Positions 37,015 to 47,402 of a DNA stretch of 64,000 bases are shown piece after piece. The notes beneath the pieces are model-generated. The model had not been told where the DNA came from, ran no database searches, and was given only the letters and a program-made list of their open reading frames with translations. This DNA comes from Nitrosopumilaceae archaeon (GTDB lineage: Archaea > Thermoproteota > Nitrososphaeria > Nitrososphaerales > Nitrosopumilaceae): positions 1,312,001-1,376,000 of the forward strand of contig OZ242376.1 in NCBI GenBank assembly GCA_965209085.1, read 5' to 3'. The position numbers and the translations under genes are program-made. Every line of letters begins with the position of its first letter. Positions within the stretch are counted from its first letter, which is position 1.

Positions 37015-38828
37015 GCGGCGCATTCACCTCTGCCGGTTTTGGCATGATAACTTCCATCAGCACCATAATCGGTATAAAATGCCTCATCGTCGCTTTTTAC
37101 CGGAGGAATTGTCAGAGGTTCAAGCAGTTTTTTAATATCAGAGATTGATTTTACAGCAGAGTTTTCGTTTCCTTTGATGATTCGCTGCAGCCATGATTTT
37201 AGCGTGTCAGATTCTCCCTGGGAGTTTTCCTTGAATATTGAAATTATTTTCACAACTGCATCAATAGTCCGTCTAGCTGGTATTCTCAGGCAGTTTTCCC
37301 CCAAGGTAGCCATACCGTCATATCTTCCGCCCAATGACATGTGGTATATAGGATACATATTTTTTCCAACCCGGCCTCCCCCTCCAAAGAATCCAATGGT
37401 TGCAATTTCGTGCTGCCCGCAGGAGTTTGGACAGCCGCTTATCTTTATCGTGGAATCTGCAAGCTGTTTGTCCTCATCCATCTTTAGATCCAGCAGTTTT
37501 CTTTGAATTTCTTTTGCAAGACGGTGAGAGTTTGTAAGTGCAAGGTTGCACGATGTGGTTCCAGAACATCCAACCGTGGCAGCCATTGTCAATCCACCAG
37601 GTTTTGCAAGTCCTGATGAGACAAGTGCCGAATAAAACGCGCGCATATCGTCTGTGTGAACATATCGCAGGATGATGTTTTGTGAAAATCCCATGCGTGC
37701 AACCCCTTCGCACGAATAGTCACGAATCAGCGATGCGGTTGCGCGCATTTGGTTTGCGGTTATATCGCCAGCTTCCAGCGAGATGAAAACAGAATGGTAT
37801 TCAGGCTGGGCCTGTTTTGTTGTATTGGTTGCAAGCCACCGATCGTATCCCTGGGGAATGTTTTGCGGTGTTGTATCAGAAACGGTTAACGGCCGTTTCA
37901 CCTCTTCATCGTTCATGTCAAGATCAAGTTTTACAATCGCAGACTGCGTTGCACGCACTATGGAACGCTCCTTTAATATCAGATTTTGGAATTTTTCCCA
38001 TCCCATTTCATGTACAAGATACCGCATGCGGTTGCGTGCAAGGTTTTTACGATCTCCTAGCCTGTCAAATATTTGTACGGTGGCAATGGCAGTGTGCAAA
38101 AAGTCCTCTTCTAGTGTAAAGTCTTCTAGCTGGTGTCCGATGAATGATTTGTTTCCAAGACCTCCTCCCAAAAATATCTTAAAGCCGCGGCGCTCTTCCC
38201 CGTCTATGACTTTTGTGTGCGGCAACACTCCAACGTCCACCATACGCACCATGCCGTGTTTTTCGCAGCAGGTAAAGTTGAATTTGAATTTTCTTGGAAG
38301 GCTCTGTACCATCGGATTGCGGAGGAAGAATTTTGCCGTGGCAAGTGCGTACGGTGTTGCATCAAACTTTTCATCGGGGCACACTCCTGAGAGCGGACTG
38401 CACATGATGTTGCGTACGCTGTTACCGCATGCTTCGCGCGATGTAAGTCCCACCGTGGCAAGCTCGCGCAGTATTTCAGAGACATCCTCTAGCACAACCC
38501 AATGCAGCTGTATGTTCTCACGCGTGGAAAAATGTGCACTTCCTATGGAGAAAGCCTCTGAGAGATTTGCAAGGTTTTCAAGATGTACGGGGTAAATTCT
38601 GCCTCCGGGCACCTTTACTCGTACCATTGCATAATCACTGGTCATACGTGTGCCATATGCCCCATGCTGCAGTCTGTAACGCCTAAAGCTGTTATCGTCG
38701 TATTTTTTTTGTCTGTACAGTTTTACCGTATTTGCAAAATCAACTGCCTCTTCAGTTCGAGCCCAGTCTATCTTTGGAGTCCTTCCCTTGGGTGGTATTT
38801 GTTCCAAATTATGAGATGTCAACGGCAT
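37011..38828 (-). CDS. sir: Ferredoxin-dependent sulfite (nitrite/sulfite) reductase
   Basis: TRENIQLH and LPRKFK motifs; siroheme/Fe-S motifs CSGTTSC and SGCPNSCGQH. Confidence 0.9.
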   Translation of the reverse strand: MPLTSHNLEQIPPKGRTPKIDWARTEEAVDFANTVKLYRQKKYDDNSFRRYRLQHGAYGTRMTSDYAMVRVKVPGGRIYPVHLENLANLSEAFSIGSAHFSTRENIQLHWVVLEDVSEILRELATVGLTSREACGNSVRNIMCSPLSGVCPDEKFDATPYALATAKFFLRNPMVQSLPRKFKFNFTCCEKHGMVRMVDVGVLPHTKVIDGEERRGFKIFLGGGLGNKSFIGHQLEDFTLEEDFLHTAIATVQIFDRLGDRKNLARNRMRYLVHEMGWEKFQNLILKERSIVRATQSAIVKLDLDMNDEEVKRPLTVSDTTPQNIPQGYDRWLATNTTKQAQPEYHSVFISLEAGDITANQMRATASLIRDYSCEGVARMGFSQNIILRYVHTDDMRAFYSALVSSGLAKPGGLTMAATVGCSGTTSCNLALTNSHRLAKEIQRKLLDLKMDEDKQLADSTIKISGCPNSCGQHEIATIGFFGGGGRVGKNMYPIYHMSLGGRYDGMATLGENCLRIPARRTIDAVVKIISIFKENSQGESDTLKSWLQRIIKGNENSAVKSISDIKKLLEPLTIPPVKSDDEAFYTDYGADGSYHAKTGRGECAA

Positions 38829-38898
38829 AATGTCCTTTGGATTCTATATAAATTAGATCGGACTAAAGGTATTAATTATTTAAAAAAAGATCAACCAT

Positions 38899-39714
38899 AT
38901 GCAGACTGCCACGATAGCTGAAAATAAAAAAATCTTTAAAGATGTGCGCGAGGTCGATATTACACGCGCCATAGCCACGGAATTTCACGAAGTGCTAATC
39001 GACAGGGCAGAATCTGACGTTATTATCATAGGCGCAGGTCCGGCCGGACTTACCGCATCGCGTGATCTCTCAAAAAAAGGCCTAAAAGTTTTGGTCATAG
39101 AACAAAACAACTATCTTGGAGGAGGATACTGGCTTGGAGGATACATGATGAATCCTGTCACGGTCAGGGATCCTGCCCAAAAGATATGGGAAGAGATGGG
39201 CATTCCGTTCAAAAAAGTCGGCGATGGCCTGTACCTTACCCCGGGTCCGCATGCAGTATCAAAACTAATAGCTAGTGCATGCGATGCGGGTGTAAAATTT
39301 CTAAACCTGACAAAGTTTGACGATTTGATATTAAAGAACGGCAGGGTTGCAGGACTGGTTGTAAACTGGATGCCCGTTTCCGCACTTCCAAGGAACATCA
39401 CATGTGTGGATCCTATCGCATTGGAATCAAAGATGGTCATAGATGCGTCAGGTCATGACTCTGTGGCAGTAAAACGTCTTGTAGACAGGGGTCTTGCAAC
39501 ATGGAAAGGCATGAATCCAATGCACGTAGAAGAAGGCGAGGATCAGGTGGTGCATAAAACCGGCGAGATTTATCCAGGTCTTGTCATAGCTGGCATGTCA
39601 GTTACGGAAACTTACGGGTTGGCAAGAATGGGACCCACGTTTGGAGCCATGTTATTTTCAGGAATAAAGGCAGCAGAGATTACAGCTGCAAAAATTAATG
39701 CTCTAGGCGTCTAG
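38899..39714 (+). CDS. thi4: Thiamine thiazole synthase Thi4
   Basis: GAGPAGL, LGGGYWLGG, CVDP and RMGPTFGAMLFSG motifs. Confidence 0.94.
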   Translation: MQTATIAENKKIFKDVREVDITRAIATEFHEVLIDRAESDVIIIGAGPAGLTASRDLSKKGLKVLVIEQNNYLGGGYWLGGYMMNPVTVRDPAQKIWEEMGIPFKKVGDGLYLTPGPHAVSKLIASACDAGVKFLNLTKFDDLILKNGRVAGLVVNWMPVSALPRNITCVDPIALESKMVIDASGHDSVAVKRLVDRGLATWKGMNPMHVEEGEDQVVHKTGEIYPGLVIAGMSVTETYGLARMGPTFGAMLFSGIKAAEITAAKINALGV

Positions 39715-39724
39715 GTTGCATTAA

Positions 39725-40456
39725 TTGAAGATTTGTAAAGTTGCAATATACGATGAATCAAACGTTCCGCAGATATGCACCGACAAATTGGTGAAATTTT
39801 TACATGAAACATTTGGAATTAAAGCGGAAATTTACAATCCATTCTCATACACGTCAAAGGATGTTTCAGAATGTACCGTAACGAATATGCTGCGTCCTCT
39901 TGAATGTAAGCAAAGTGAGAGCGGGCATGAGAATTCCATACCCATGTATGATGGCATATGTTTACAGCGGGCATTTGCAGAAATGATCCCGCATGAGCAT
40001 CAGCATTCGGACTGGCTGTACGTGGTATTTACTGCCAAACTGATAGGTACGTACGATTATGACGGGTGCAGATACCATGCAAGGGCGTTAATTGGCTCAA
40101 ATCCTGCCATCATATCCACCACGGGTATAATCGAGGCGCCTGCAAAACCGCGTTTGCACTACATATCAGAGGCCACCAAAGTTCCGTATGATGGATGGAA
40201 TGACTGGCTCAAATACGGGGACAATCGCCTCGAGTATACGGCAAGGGCATACCTCATGCAGTCTTTGGCATATTATGCCACGGGAAGCGCGTTTTGTAAA
40301 GATGCCAAATGCATCCTGTATAACGCGCACTGGCAGCAAGAGATGGTAAAATCACAGATAGAATCAGGATCTTTGTGCAAGGATCACCGCATCATCATAC
40401 AGGATATGGTAAAAAATTCCAGATCAGAGGATAACAAACAAGATCACTTAAATTAA
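39725..40456 (+). CDS. Conserved archaeal hypothetical protein (DUF6775-like putative metallopeptidase)
   Basis: RYHAR, STTGIIEAPAKP and C...C..YNAHWQ motifs; family recalled from memory. Confidence 0.7.
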   Translation: MKICKVAIYDESNVPQICTDKLVKFLHETFGIKAEIYNPFSYTSKDVSECTVTNMLRPLECKQSESGHENSIPMYDGICLQRAFAEMIPHEHQHSDWLYVVFTAKLIGTYDYDGCRYHARALIGSNPAIISTTGIIEAPAKPRLHYISEATKVPYDGWNDWLKYGDNRLEYTARAYLMQSLAYYATGSAFCKDAKCILYNAHWQQEMVKSQIESGSLCKDHRIIIQDMVKNSRSEDNKQDHLN

Positions 40457-40479
40457 TCTTGCACGGGGTTTATTCCGTG

Positions 40480-41466
40480 ATGTCTGAATCTGGCGGGATC
40501 GCTCAAATGGAACAGAAAAAAAATCCCCAGGATTTGCAAAAGAAAAAAACAAAATACGATGTGATTATAATTGGTGCCGGTCCGGCAGGGTATACTGCGG
40601 GAATTTACTGCGCTCGTGCACGCTATGAGACGCTCATAATATCAGGGGTTTTACCCGGAGGACAGCTTGTAAACACTACAGAAGTTGAAAATTATCCAGG
40701 ATTTGCACAGGGAATAATGGGTCCGGATCTCATGATAGACATGAAGGCGCAGGCAGAAAGAATGGGTACTGCCATAGTTGATGATGAGGTTGTAAACGTG
40801 GACTTTAGAAATAAACCGTTCAAAGTTTTAACAGCTGAAGAAGAATACGAGGGACGCGCTGTCATAATATGCACCGGTGCCAATCCAAGAAAGCTTGGCG
40901 TAACAGGCGAATCAGAGCTGTCCGGCAAGGGAGTCTCATACTGCGCCACATGTGATGGGGCGTTTTTTAGAAACCAGGAGATACTAGTGGTCGGAGGCGG
41001 CGATTCGGCCATGGAAGAGGCTACGTTTCTTACAAAATTTGCATCCGTGGTGCACATATCCCACAGGCGCGAGCAGCTTCGTGCCAGCAAGGTAATGCAA
41101 GAGCGCGCATACGATAATCCAAAAATAAAATTTCATCTAAGCACCGAGGTTGAGAGCATCGGTGGAGACGGCAGGGTGGGCAATGTGGTGCTCAAAAATT
41201 CTTCAAATGGTGAAAAAAATACGCTAAATGTAGGCGGCGTATTTGTGGCAATCGGACACGTGCCAAATACTGAAATGTTTTCAGGTCAGGTAGAAATGGA
41301 CAAACGGGGATACATTGTACAAAAAGAACACACCCAGACCAGCGTTCCGGGAGTTTTTACGGCAGGCGATGTTCATGATTCAAGATACAGACAGGCGGTA
41401 ACTGCAGCAGGGTTTGGATGCATGGCCGCACTTGATGTGGACAAGTATCTTGAAGAAAATCCCTAG
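40480..41466 (+). CDS. trxB: Thioredoxin reductase
   Basis: GAGPAG, VSYCATCDG, GGGDSA and AGDV motifs. Confidence 0.96.
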   Translation: MSESGGIAQMEQKKNPQDLQKKKTKYDVIIIGAGPAGYTAGIYCARARYETLIISGVLPGGQLVNTTEVENYPGFAQGIMGPDLMIDMKAQAERMGTAIVDDEVVNVDFRNKPFKVLTAEEEYEGRAVIICTGANPRKLGVTGESELSGKGVSYCATCDGAFFRNQEILVVGGGDSAMEEATFLTKFASVVHISHRREQLRASKVMQERAYDNPKIKFHLSTEVESIGGDGRVGNVVLKNSSNGEKNTLNVGGVFVAIGHVPNTEMFSGQVEMDKRGYIVQKEHTQTSVPGVFTAGDVHDSRYRQAVTAAGFGCMAALDVDKYLEENP

Positions 41467-41467
41467 T

Positions 41468-42469
41468 TTACAGATATGTAATTTTTGAGAGATGTTTTGC
41501 CGCTTTTAATTCATTATCAAATTCATGAGCGCTCATTACATTTTGTTGCTCGTATATGCTTTTGAATTTTCTGCCATCATCGGCAAATATTCCCACGACA
41601 TAATTATCATCCCCGTCCAGACTGTATTTTTGCATGCATTTGTAGACTGCCGCAGAGGACGGACTGATAAGCATATTGTCCTTTTGGCAGACTTTTTTTA
41701 CGACTCCAAACGCCTCTGCGTTTGTTACAGTTATCCAATCATCCACGACATTTTCGCGTTTTAAAAACAGGTCAGGTTTTGCAGATTCCTCAAAATTGCG
41801 CCACCCCTGAATCATGTGATCTTTTTGCGGCTGACAGCCGATTATTTTTATCGCCGGATTTTTCTCCTTTAGATACGTGCCAATTCCGGTTATCGTTCCG
41901 CCGGTTCCAATTCCGGTGAAAAAATGCGTGATCTTTCCCCCCGTTTGTTCCCACAATTCAGGGCCCGTACCTTTGTAATGCCCCATGTAATTTGCCTCGT
42001 TGGCGTACTGGTTTGGCGAATAATACGTGTCAGGTCTAGAGGATGCAATTGACGTGGCAAGTGCGATGCTCTGATCTGTTCCGGCACCCACCTTTGGGCA
42101 TAGATCATCGGAGGTTTCAAAGACTTTGGCGCCCAGATTTCTTATTATATCCTTTGTCTCCTGGCTTGCTTTTTCAGGTATGACAATTTCCACTTTGTAA
42201 CCTAGTATGTTTGCGATTCCAGTCAGGGCTATTCCGGTGTTGCCCGAGGTGGGCTCTATTATGATGCTTTTTCCAGGAACCAGCTTGCCGCGCTCCTCGC
42301 CGTCGCGAATCATCCAGTATGCTGCCCTGTCTTTTACAGAACCAAACGGATTATGACCCTCCAGTTTTGCATAAAAATCCCCAGCAGATCCTGACAGTGA
42401 GTCAAGTTTTACAAGCGGCGTATTTCCAATGCGCGAGAGCGTCTCTTTATCGGATGCTGTTTGTTCCAC
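41468..42469 (-). CDS. cysM: PLP-dependent cysteine synthase family protein
   Basis: IGNTPL, NPFGSVKDR, PTSGNTG and GTGGT motifs. Confidence 0.88.
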   Translation of the reverse strand: MEQTASDKETLSRIGNTPLVKLDSLSGSAGDFYAKLEGHNPFGSVKDRAAYWMIRDGEERGKLVPGKSIIIEPTSGNTGIALTGIANILGYKVEIVIPEKASQETKDIIRNLGAKVFETSDDLCPKVGAGTDQSIALATSIASSRPDTYYSPNQYANEANYMGHYKGTGPELWEQTGGKITHFFTGIGTGGTITGIGTYLKEKNPAIKIIGCQPQKDHMIQGWRNFEESAKPDLFLKRENVVDDWITVTNAEAFGVVKKVCQKDNMLISPSSAAVYKCMQKYSLDGDDNYVVGIFADDGRKFKSIYEQQNVMSAHEFDNELKAAKHLSKITYL

Positions 42470-42706
42470 TTATTTCACCTTTTTAATAGAAAATTCTATT
42501 ACTCCGCCGTCTTTTTTTTCCACGCCGAGCAATTCATGACCGCTTTTAGTAACCCAGCGCGATATGTCATCTTCGGCTGCAGGATCGTCTGCAAGCACCA
42601 AAAGTTTTTCCCCCACCTGCATCTGTTCTATCTCTATTTTTGTTCTAAACACCGGTTCTGGACAAAACAAACCCACGGCGTCAAGTTTTCTTGCATCATC
42701 GGACAT
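42470..42706 (-). CDS. tusA: TusA family sulfur carrier
   Basis: LDAVGLFCPEP and DDPAAEDDI motifs. Confidence 0.92.
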   Translation of the reverse strand: MSDDARKLDAVGLFCPEPVFRTKIEIEQMQVGEKLLVLADDPAAEDDISRWVTKSGHELLGVEKKDGGVIEFSIKKVK

Positions 42707-42753
42707 TGCATATCATCTAAACTTGTGTCTATAAAATCTATACGGATTCCAGG

Positions 42754-43485
42754 TTATCGAAACAAATCCTCATCATGTGTGCGCAGCAAATCCTGCGAGC
42801 CGCATTTTACATTTTCAAACTTGTATCCCCGGATTATTGTTATCGGCGAGCCGGAGGTCTTTTTTGAGACAAGCTCAGCTGCGGCACACAGCTGATCTGC
42901 CACGGCTATGGCAGTTACGCGCAACGTTCGGCCAAACGCATCAGATGATCCGGCATAATTTTTGATTGGTGCAATCCCAGCTGATCCTATCGCACAGTCT
43001 GTCTGACCCATGCGAAACGGCCTTCCAAACGTATCAGATATGATGACTGCCGTGTTTTTGCCCGTTTTTTTCAAAATTGATTTGCGCAGTATCTCAGCTG
43101 ATGCATCAGGATTCTCAGGCAGTAATGCTGCATACCCCGGAGGTATGTTGCTCTCATCCACCCCGGCATTTGCGCAGATAAAACCAGAATGTGTTTCGGT
43201 TATTAAAATTCCAGATCGCATGCGTACAATGCGTGCGGATTCGTTCAATACTAGTTGAACCATGCGTGGATCTTTGCTGTATGCTGATGCAATTCCAAGT
43301 GCAAGATTCTCCGGTGTTACAGAATCAAGCAGTACAATCCGGCCTTCCTGTTTTGAGATTATTTTTTGTGAGCACACCACCACGTCCCCATCCTGCACAA
43401 ATGACAAACCTCCGGCAGCATGTAGGATATCCTGCCCCTTTACAATCTCCCCGTCAATATGTATTGGCAGTATTTGTATTCCCAT
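42754..43485 (-). CDS. cofE: Coenzyme F420-0:L-glutamate ligase
   Basis: KIISKQEG, ANAGVDESN, DTFGRPFR and DLFR motifs. Confidence 0.95.
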   Translation of the reverse strand: MGIQILPIHIDGEIVKGQDILHAAGGLSFVQDGDVVVCSQKIISKQEGRIVLLDSVTPENLALGIASAYSKDPRMVQLVLNESARIVRMRSGILITETHSGFICANAGVDESNIPPGYAALLPENPDASAEILRKSILKKTGKNTAVIISDTFGRPFRMGQTDCAIGSAGIAPIKNYAGSSDAFGRTLRVTAIAVADQLCAAAELVSKKTSGSPITIIRGYKFENVKCGSQDLLRTHDEDLFR

Positions 43486-43512
43486 TGAAAATGTTCTTTT
43501 CTTTGGTGTGTT

Positions 43513-44160
43513 TTATTGTTTGTTTGGATCAAAAGATACGCCATAGTGATCCTCTATCATATCCGCCACTCGCATGAGGTTTTTTTCCTCGATTATGACA
43601 TCTGCAAGCTTTTTTACATTATTCTGCGCCCTATATGCAATGCCAAGGCCGCATATCTCAAAGAGCTTTATGTCGTTTGCGCCATCAACTACAACTACGA
43701 TGTTTTTGGGATCTTCATTCCATTCGGATATTTTTGCCGATGCCGGTTTTGCCTTGTCAGAGCCGATGCTTATTTTTACGCCGTCAAGTTTGCCGTTATC
43801 AAACAAGAGCTCGTTTGAATACACATAATCCAAATTCAATTCTTTTTTGAGCCGTTCGGTCATGATTGTAAATCCGCCAGATATTGCCATAATATGCCAT
43901 CCGGCATTTTTCAGGGTACGGCACAGATCATGCGCGCCAGGCATTATGGGAAGCGAGTCTGCAATTTTTTGACATTCCTCATACGGTATGCCGCGCAGTT
44001 CGTTGATTCGCGTATGCAGTCCCACCTCCCAGTTTAATTCCCCTGTAATGCCTTTTTTTGTAATATCCCATATGCGATCTTCTTTTCCAATTGTTTCAGC
44101 TAGGATCGGAAGGTATTCGGCATCAAATAGAACTCCCTCTACGTCAAAAATAGCTAGCAA
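43513..44160 (-). CDS. serB: Phosphoserine phosphatase
   Basis: FDVEGVL, ISGGF and DGAND motifs. Confidence 0.88.
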   Translation of the reverse strand: MLAIFDVEGVLFDAEYLPILAETIGKEDRIWDITKKGITGELNWEVGLHTRINELRGIPYEECQKIADSLPIMPGAHDLCRTLKNAGWHIMAISGGFTIMTERLKKELNLDYVYSNELLFDNGKLDGVKISIGSDKAKPASAKISEWNEDPKNIVVVVDGANDIKLFEICGLGIAYRAQNNVKKLADVIIEEKNLMRVADMIEDHYGVSFDPNKQ

Positions 44161-44280
44161 TTTTTGATATTGTTTTCTAAAACCGACTAATAATGTTAGC
44201 TATGATCGTTTTTTAGACACGGTTCAAGGTTGCAATTTCAATAGCTACCAATAAATCACGCCATATGCTCGCTGTAAATA

Positions 44281-44565
44281 TTGAATAATGAATCACACAA
44301 ATATGAAGTAAAAGTGTTAAAGCTTGAAAAACCGCAAAAGCTTACTCTGGAGATTAAAGAGAGTTTAAAATCGGCAGGAATGGTTGACGCGAACGGCAAA
44401 ATGAAGATCAAAGGAGTCAGTGGTAAAATGCTAAAACGCATGAAACAGGAATCCGTAGATTGTCCGGTTTTAAAGACAGAGGTCCAGTTTGTCCAGTGTT
44501 TTATATGCCCAAATTTTCAGAGCAGGGTTAAAGGCTTCGTACTCTGCAAAGGCAACAAGCTGTAA
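44281..44565 (+). CDS. Hypothetical protein with C-terminal 4-Cys motif
   Basis: CP...CxxC...C motif. Confidence 0.72.
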   Translation: MNNESHKYEVKVLKLEKPQKLTLEIKESLKSAGMVDANGKMKIKGVSGKMLKRMKQESVDCPVLKTEVQFVQCFICPNFQSRVKGFVLCKGNKL

Positions 44566-44623
44566 AACCACATTCTAGTGTATTTTTGCAAAGGCTCATA
44601 ATACATACGGGTTTGCCCATGGT

Positions 44624-46090
44624 GTGAACAAAGGGGAGATCGGCATTACGGCCTCCAAAAAGGATAATTTTAGCGAATGGTATACGCAGGTGGTTTTAAA
44701 GGCAGAACTGGCAGATTATGCCCCAGTAAAGGGACTAATCGTACTGCGTCCTGACGGCTATTCAATATGGGAATCTCTAAAGGTTTCACTTGACAAAAAA
44801 CTTGCTGAGCGAGGCGTCAGCAACGGATTTTTGCCCATACTCATACCAGAGTCACTTCTTAGCAAGGAGAAGAAACATTTTGCAGGATTTGATCCAGAGG
44901 TGTTTTGGGTTACGCATTCAGGTAGCGAGGAGCTTGGTGAAAAACTTGCATTGCGGCCAACTTCGGAGACATTGGCATATACAATGTATGCCAAATGGAT
45001 AAAGAGCTGGCGAGATTTGCCGCTTCGGATTAATTTTTGGAATACTGCACTGCGCGCTGAAATAAAGGCAACAAAACCGTTTTTGCGCACGTCAGAATTT
45101 TTATGGCAAGAGGGACACACCGTTCATGCAGACAGCAGCGAGGCAGAAAACGAGACGGATGCAATTATGGAAATATACAAAAAAACCGTGGAAGAGGAGC
45201 TGGCCATACCCGTAATTACCGGTAAAAAAAGTGAAAAAGAACAGTTTGTCGGTGCAGTATATACAATAACAATGGAATCGATGATGCCAGACGGCAGGGC
45301 ATTGCAGATGGGGACCTCGCACTTTTTGGGGCAGAATTTTTCAAAACCTTTCCAAGTAAAATATGCAGACAAGGACAACGTGGAGAGATTCGCATGGCAG
45401 ACTTCATGGGGCGTCTCATGGAGACTTTTGGGCGCCATGATTATGGTTCACGGAGACGATCACGGACTGGTTTTGCCCCCAAAGGTGGCTCCAATCCAGG
45501 TGGTTATAATACCGATATACTATTCAAAAGAAGAAGAAAAAGCGGTCATAACCCGAGCAGAACAGATGCGCATGGAAATCTCAAAGATGGGAATGCGCGC
45601 GCGCATGGACAAAAGGGAAGGTTTGACTCCAGGATTCAAATATCACGACTGGGAGATGCGCGGCGTTCCGCTTCGTATTGAAATAGGTCCAAGGGATCTA
45701 AAGGAGAGTATTGCCGTATTTGCAAGGAGAACGGGAGGTAAGGAAAAGATCCCGCTAAAAGATGCAGCAGTGGCGGCAAAAAAAGCCATGGATGAGATAC
45801 AGTTGGAAATGTTAGTGGCGGCAAAAAAAATACTTGCAGAGAACATACGCGATGTTGCAACGTATGAGGAGTTCAAGACTGCGCTTGGAGTCGGGGATGA
45901 TTCTTCACGCGGGGGAGGGTTTTTGAGATCCCCATGGTGCGGGAAGACCTCGTGTGAGGATGCAGTAAAAGAGGATACGGGTGCGGACATACGTGTCATA
46001 CCAGATGATGAATGCGTTCAGGATGGCTCCAAATGCGTGTATTGTGGAAAGATTGCAACACATGTTCCGCTTTTTGCAAGAGGCTACTAG
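44624..46090 (+). CDS. proS: Proline--tRNA ligase (archaeal/eukaryotic type)
   Basis: LRPTSET, FLRTSEFLWQEGH and QTSWG motifs; C-terminal ARGY. Confidence 0.97.
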   Translation: MNKGEIGITASKKDNFSEWYTQVVLKAELADYAPVKGLIVLRPDGYSIWESLKVSLDKKLAERGVSNGFLPILIPESLLSKEKKHFAGFDPEVFWVTHSGSEELGEKLALRPTSETLAYTMYAKWIKSWRDLPLRINFWNTALRAEIKATKPFLRTSEFLWQEGHTVHADSSEAENETDAIMEIYKKTVEEELAIPVITGKKSEKEQFVGAVYTITMESMMPDGRALQMGTSHFLGQNFSKPFQVKYADKDNVERFAWQTSWGVSWRLLGAMIMVHGDDHGLVLPPKVAPIQVVIIPIYYSKEEEKAVITRAEQMRMEISKMGMRARMDKREGLTPGFKYHDWEMRGVPLRIEIGPRDLKESIAVFARRTGGKEKIPLKDAAVAAKKAMDEIQLEMLVAAKKILAENIRDVATYEEFKTALGVGDDSSRGGGFLRSPWCGKTSCEDAVKEDTGADIRVIPDDECVQDGSKCVYCGKIATHVPLFARGY

Positions 46091-46091
46091 T

Positions 46092-47402
46092 ATGGAGGTT
46101 TTAGAGGAGGGCTCATCTCTTGAAATTTTAAAAGAATTTGAGCGCGTTCGCGCTGCCACCATAAATCTGGTAAAAACATTAGAGGCTGACGATTATGCTG
46201 TACAAACTGCACCGTATACGAGCCCTCCAAAATGGCATATCGGACATACAAGCTGGATATACGAGGCAATAATGAGTAAAATCGATGCAGAGTATGAATT
46301 TTACTCTGAAGAATATTCCAAATGCCTAAACTCGTATTACCAGCAGTTTGGAAAGCCGCACGATAAATCAAAACGTGGCGTAATATCCCGCCCCACTACA
46401 AAGCAGATATTCAAATATGCTGAAATTGTAAACAATAGGATCAGGGAATTTATCCCATCATGCAGTCAGGATGCAAAAAATATCAGACTCTTAGAGACAG
46501 GATTTCATCACGAATGCCAGCATCAGGAACTGCTCGTATACGATCTGCAGCACATGCTTGCAGACAAGTACAGACCGGTACAAAAAAACAAATCTCCTGA
46601 ATTTAGCCAAGTTGATGAGCAAAAAACAGTTCATGTTGACGGCGGTCTGTATCAGATGGGGTATAATGGAAACGGTTTTTGCTATGACATAGAGATGCCA
46701 GAGCACAGGGTATATCTTGAAGAGTATCTGTTGGATGTATTTCCCGTAACCTGCGGCCAGTATGCTGAATTTATCAAAGATGACGGGTATGAAAATTACA
46801 AGTACTGGCTTGCTGACGGATGGAACAAGGTAAACGAGAATGGGTGGAAGTGTCCCATGTATTGGATAAAATCGGACGGGGAATGGTTTGTGCATGATTT
46901 TGCAGGATTGCGCCACATAGATCCTGCAGAACCAGTATGCAATGTAAGCTATTATGAGGCAAGTGCATACTGCAAATGGGCAGATAAGAGACTTCCCACA
47001 GAGGCAGAATGGGAAAAAGCTGCCACATATGATCCAGATACTGATGAGAAAAAAGAGTACCCGTGGGGTTCAGAGAGGCCGGATCTTATCAAAACAAATC
47101 TTCTTGAATCCTACATATGGAAGCCCTCACGCATAGGATCGTATCCGTCAAGCTCAAGTCCCTCTGGATGCGAGCAGATGATTGGCGATGTGTGGGAATG
47201 GACCTCGTCTGAATTTACAGGGTATCCTGGGTTCAAGTCCGGATTTGATGAATACAATGACAAGTGGTTTACGAATCAAAAAGTTCTAAGAGGCGGCTCG
47301 TTTGCAACCCCGTCCATGTCGGTGCGCGCAAGCTATAGGAATTTTTTCAGGCTTGATGAAAGATGGATGTTTGCAGGATTCCGATGCGCACAGGATGTCT
47401 AA
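46092..47402 (+). CDS. egtB: Ergothioneine biosynthesis sulfoxide synthase EgtB
   Basis: SPPKWHIGHTSW, NSYY and HECQHQE iron motifs; FGE-like domain (RLPTEAEWE, LRGGS). Confidence 0.93.
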   Translation: MEVLEEGSSLEILKEFERVRAATINLVKTLEADDYAVQTAPYTSPPKWHIGHTSWIYEAIMSKIDAEYEFYSEEYSKCLNSYYQQFGKPHDKSKRGVISRPTTKQIFKYAEIVNNRIREFIPSCSQDAKNIRLLETGFHHECQHQELLVYDLQHMLADKYRPVQKNKSPEFSQVDEQKTVHVDGGLYQMGYNGNGFCYDIEMPEHRVYLEEYLLDVFPVTCGQYAEFIKDDGYENYKYWLADGWNKVNENGWKCPMYWIKSDGEWFVHDFAGLRHIDPAEPVCNVSYYEASAYCKWADKRLPTEAEWEKAATYDPDTDEKKEYPWGSERPDLIKTNLLESYIWKPSRIGSYPSSSSPSGCEQMIGDVWEWTSSEFTGYPGFKSGFDEYNDKWFTNQKVLRGGSFATPSMSVRASYRNFFRLDERWMFAGFRCAQDV

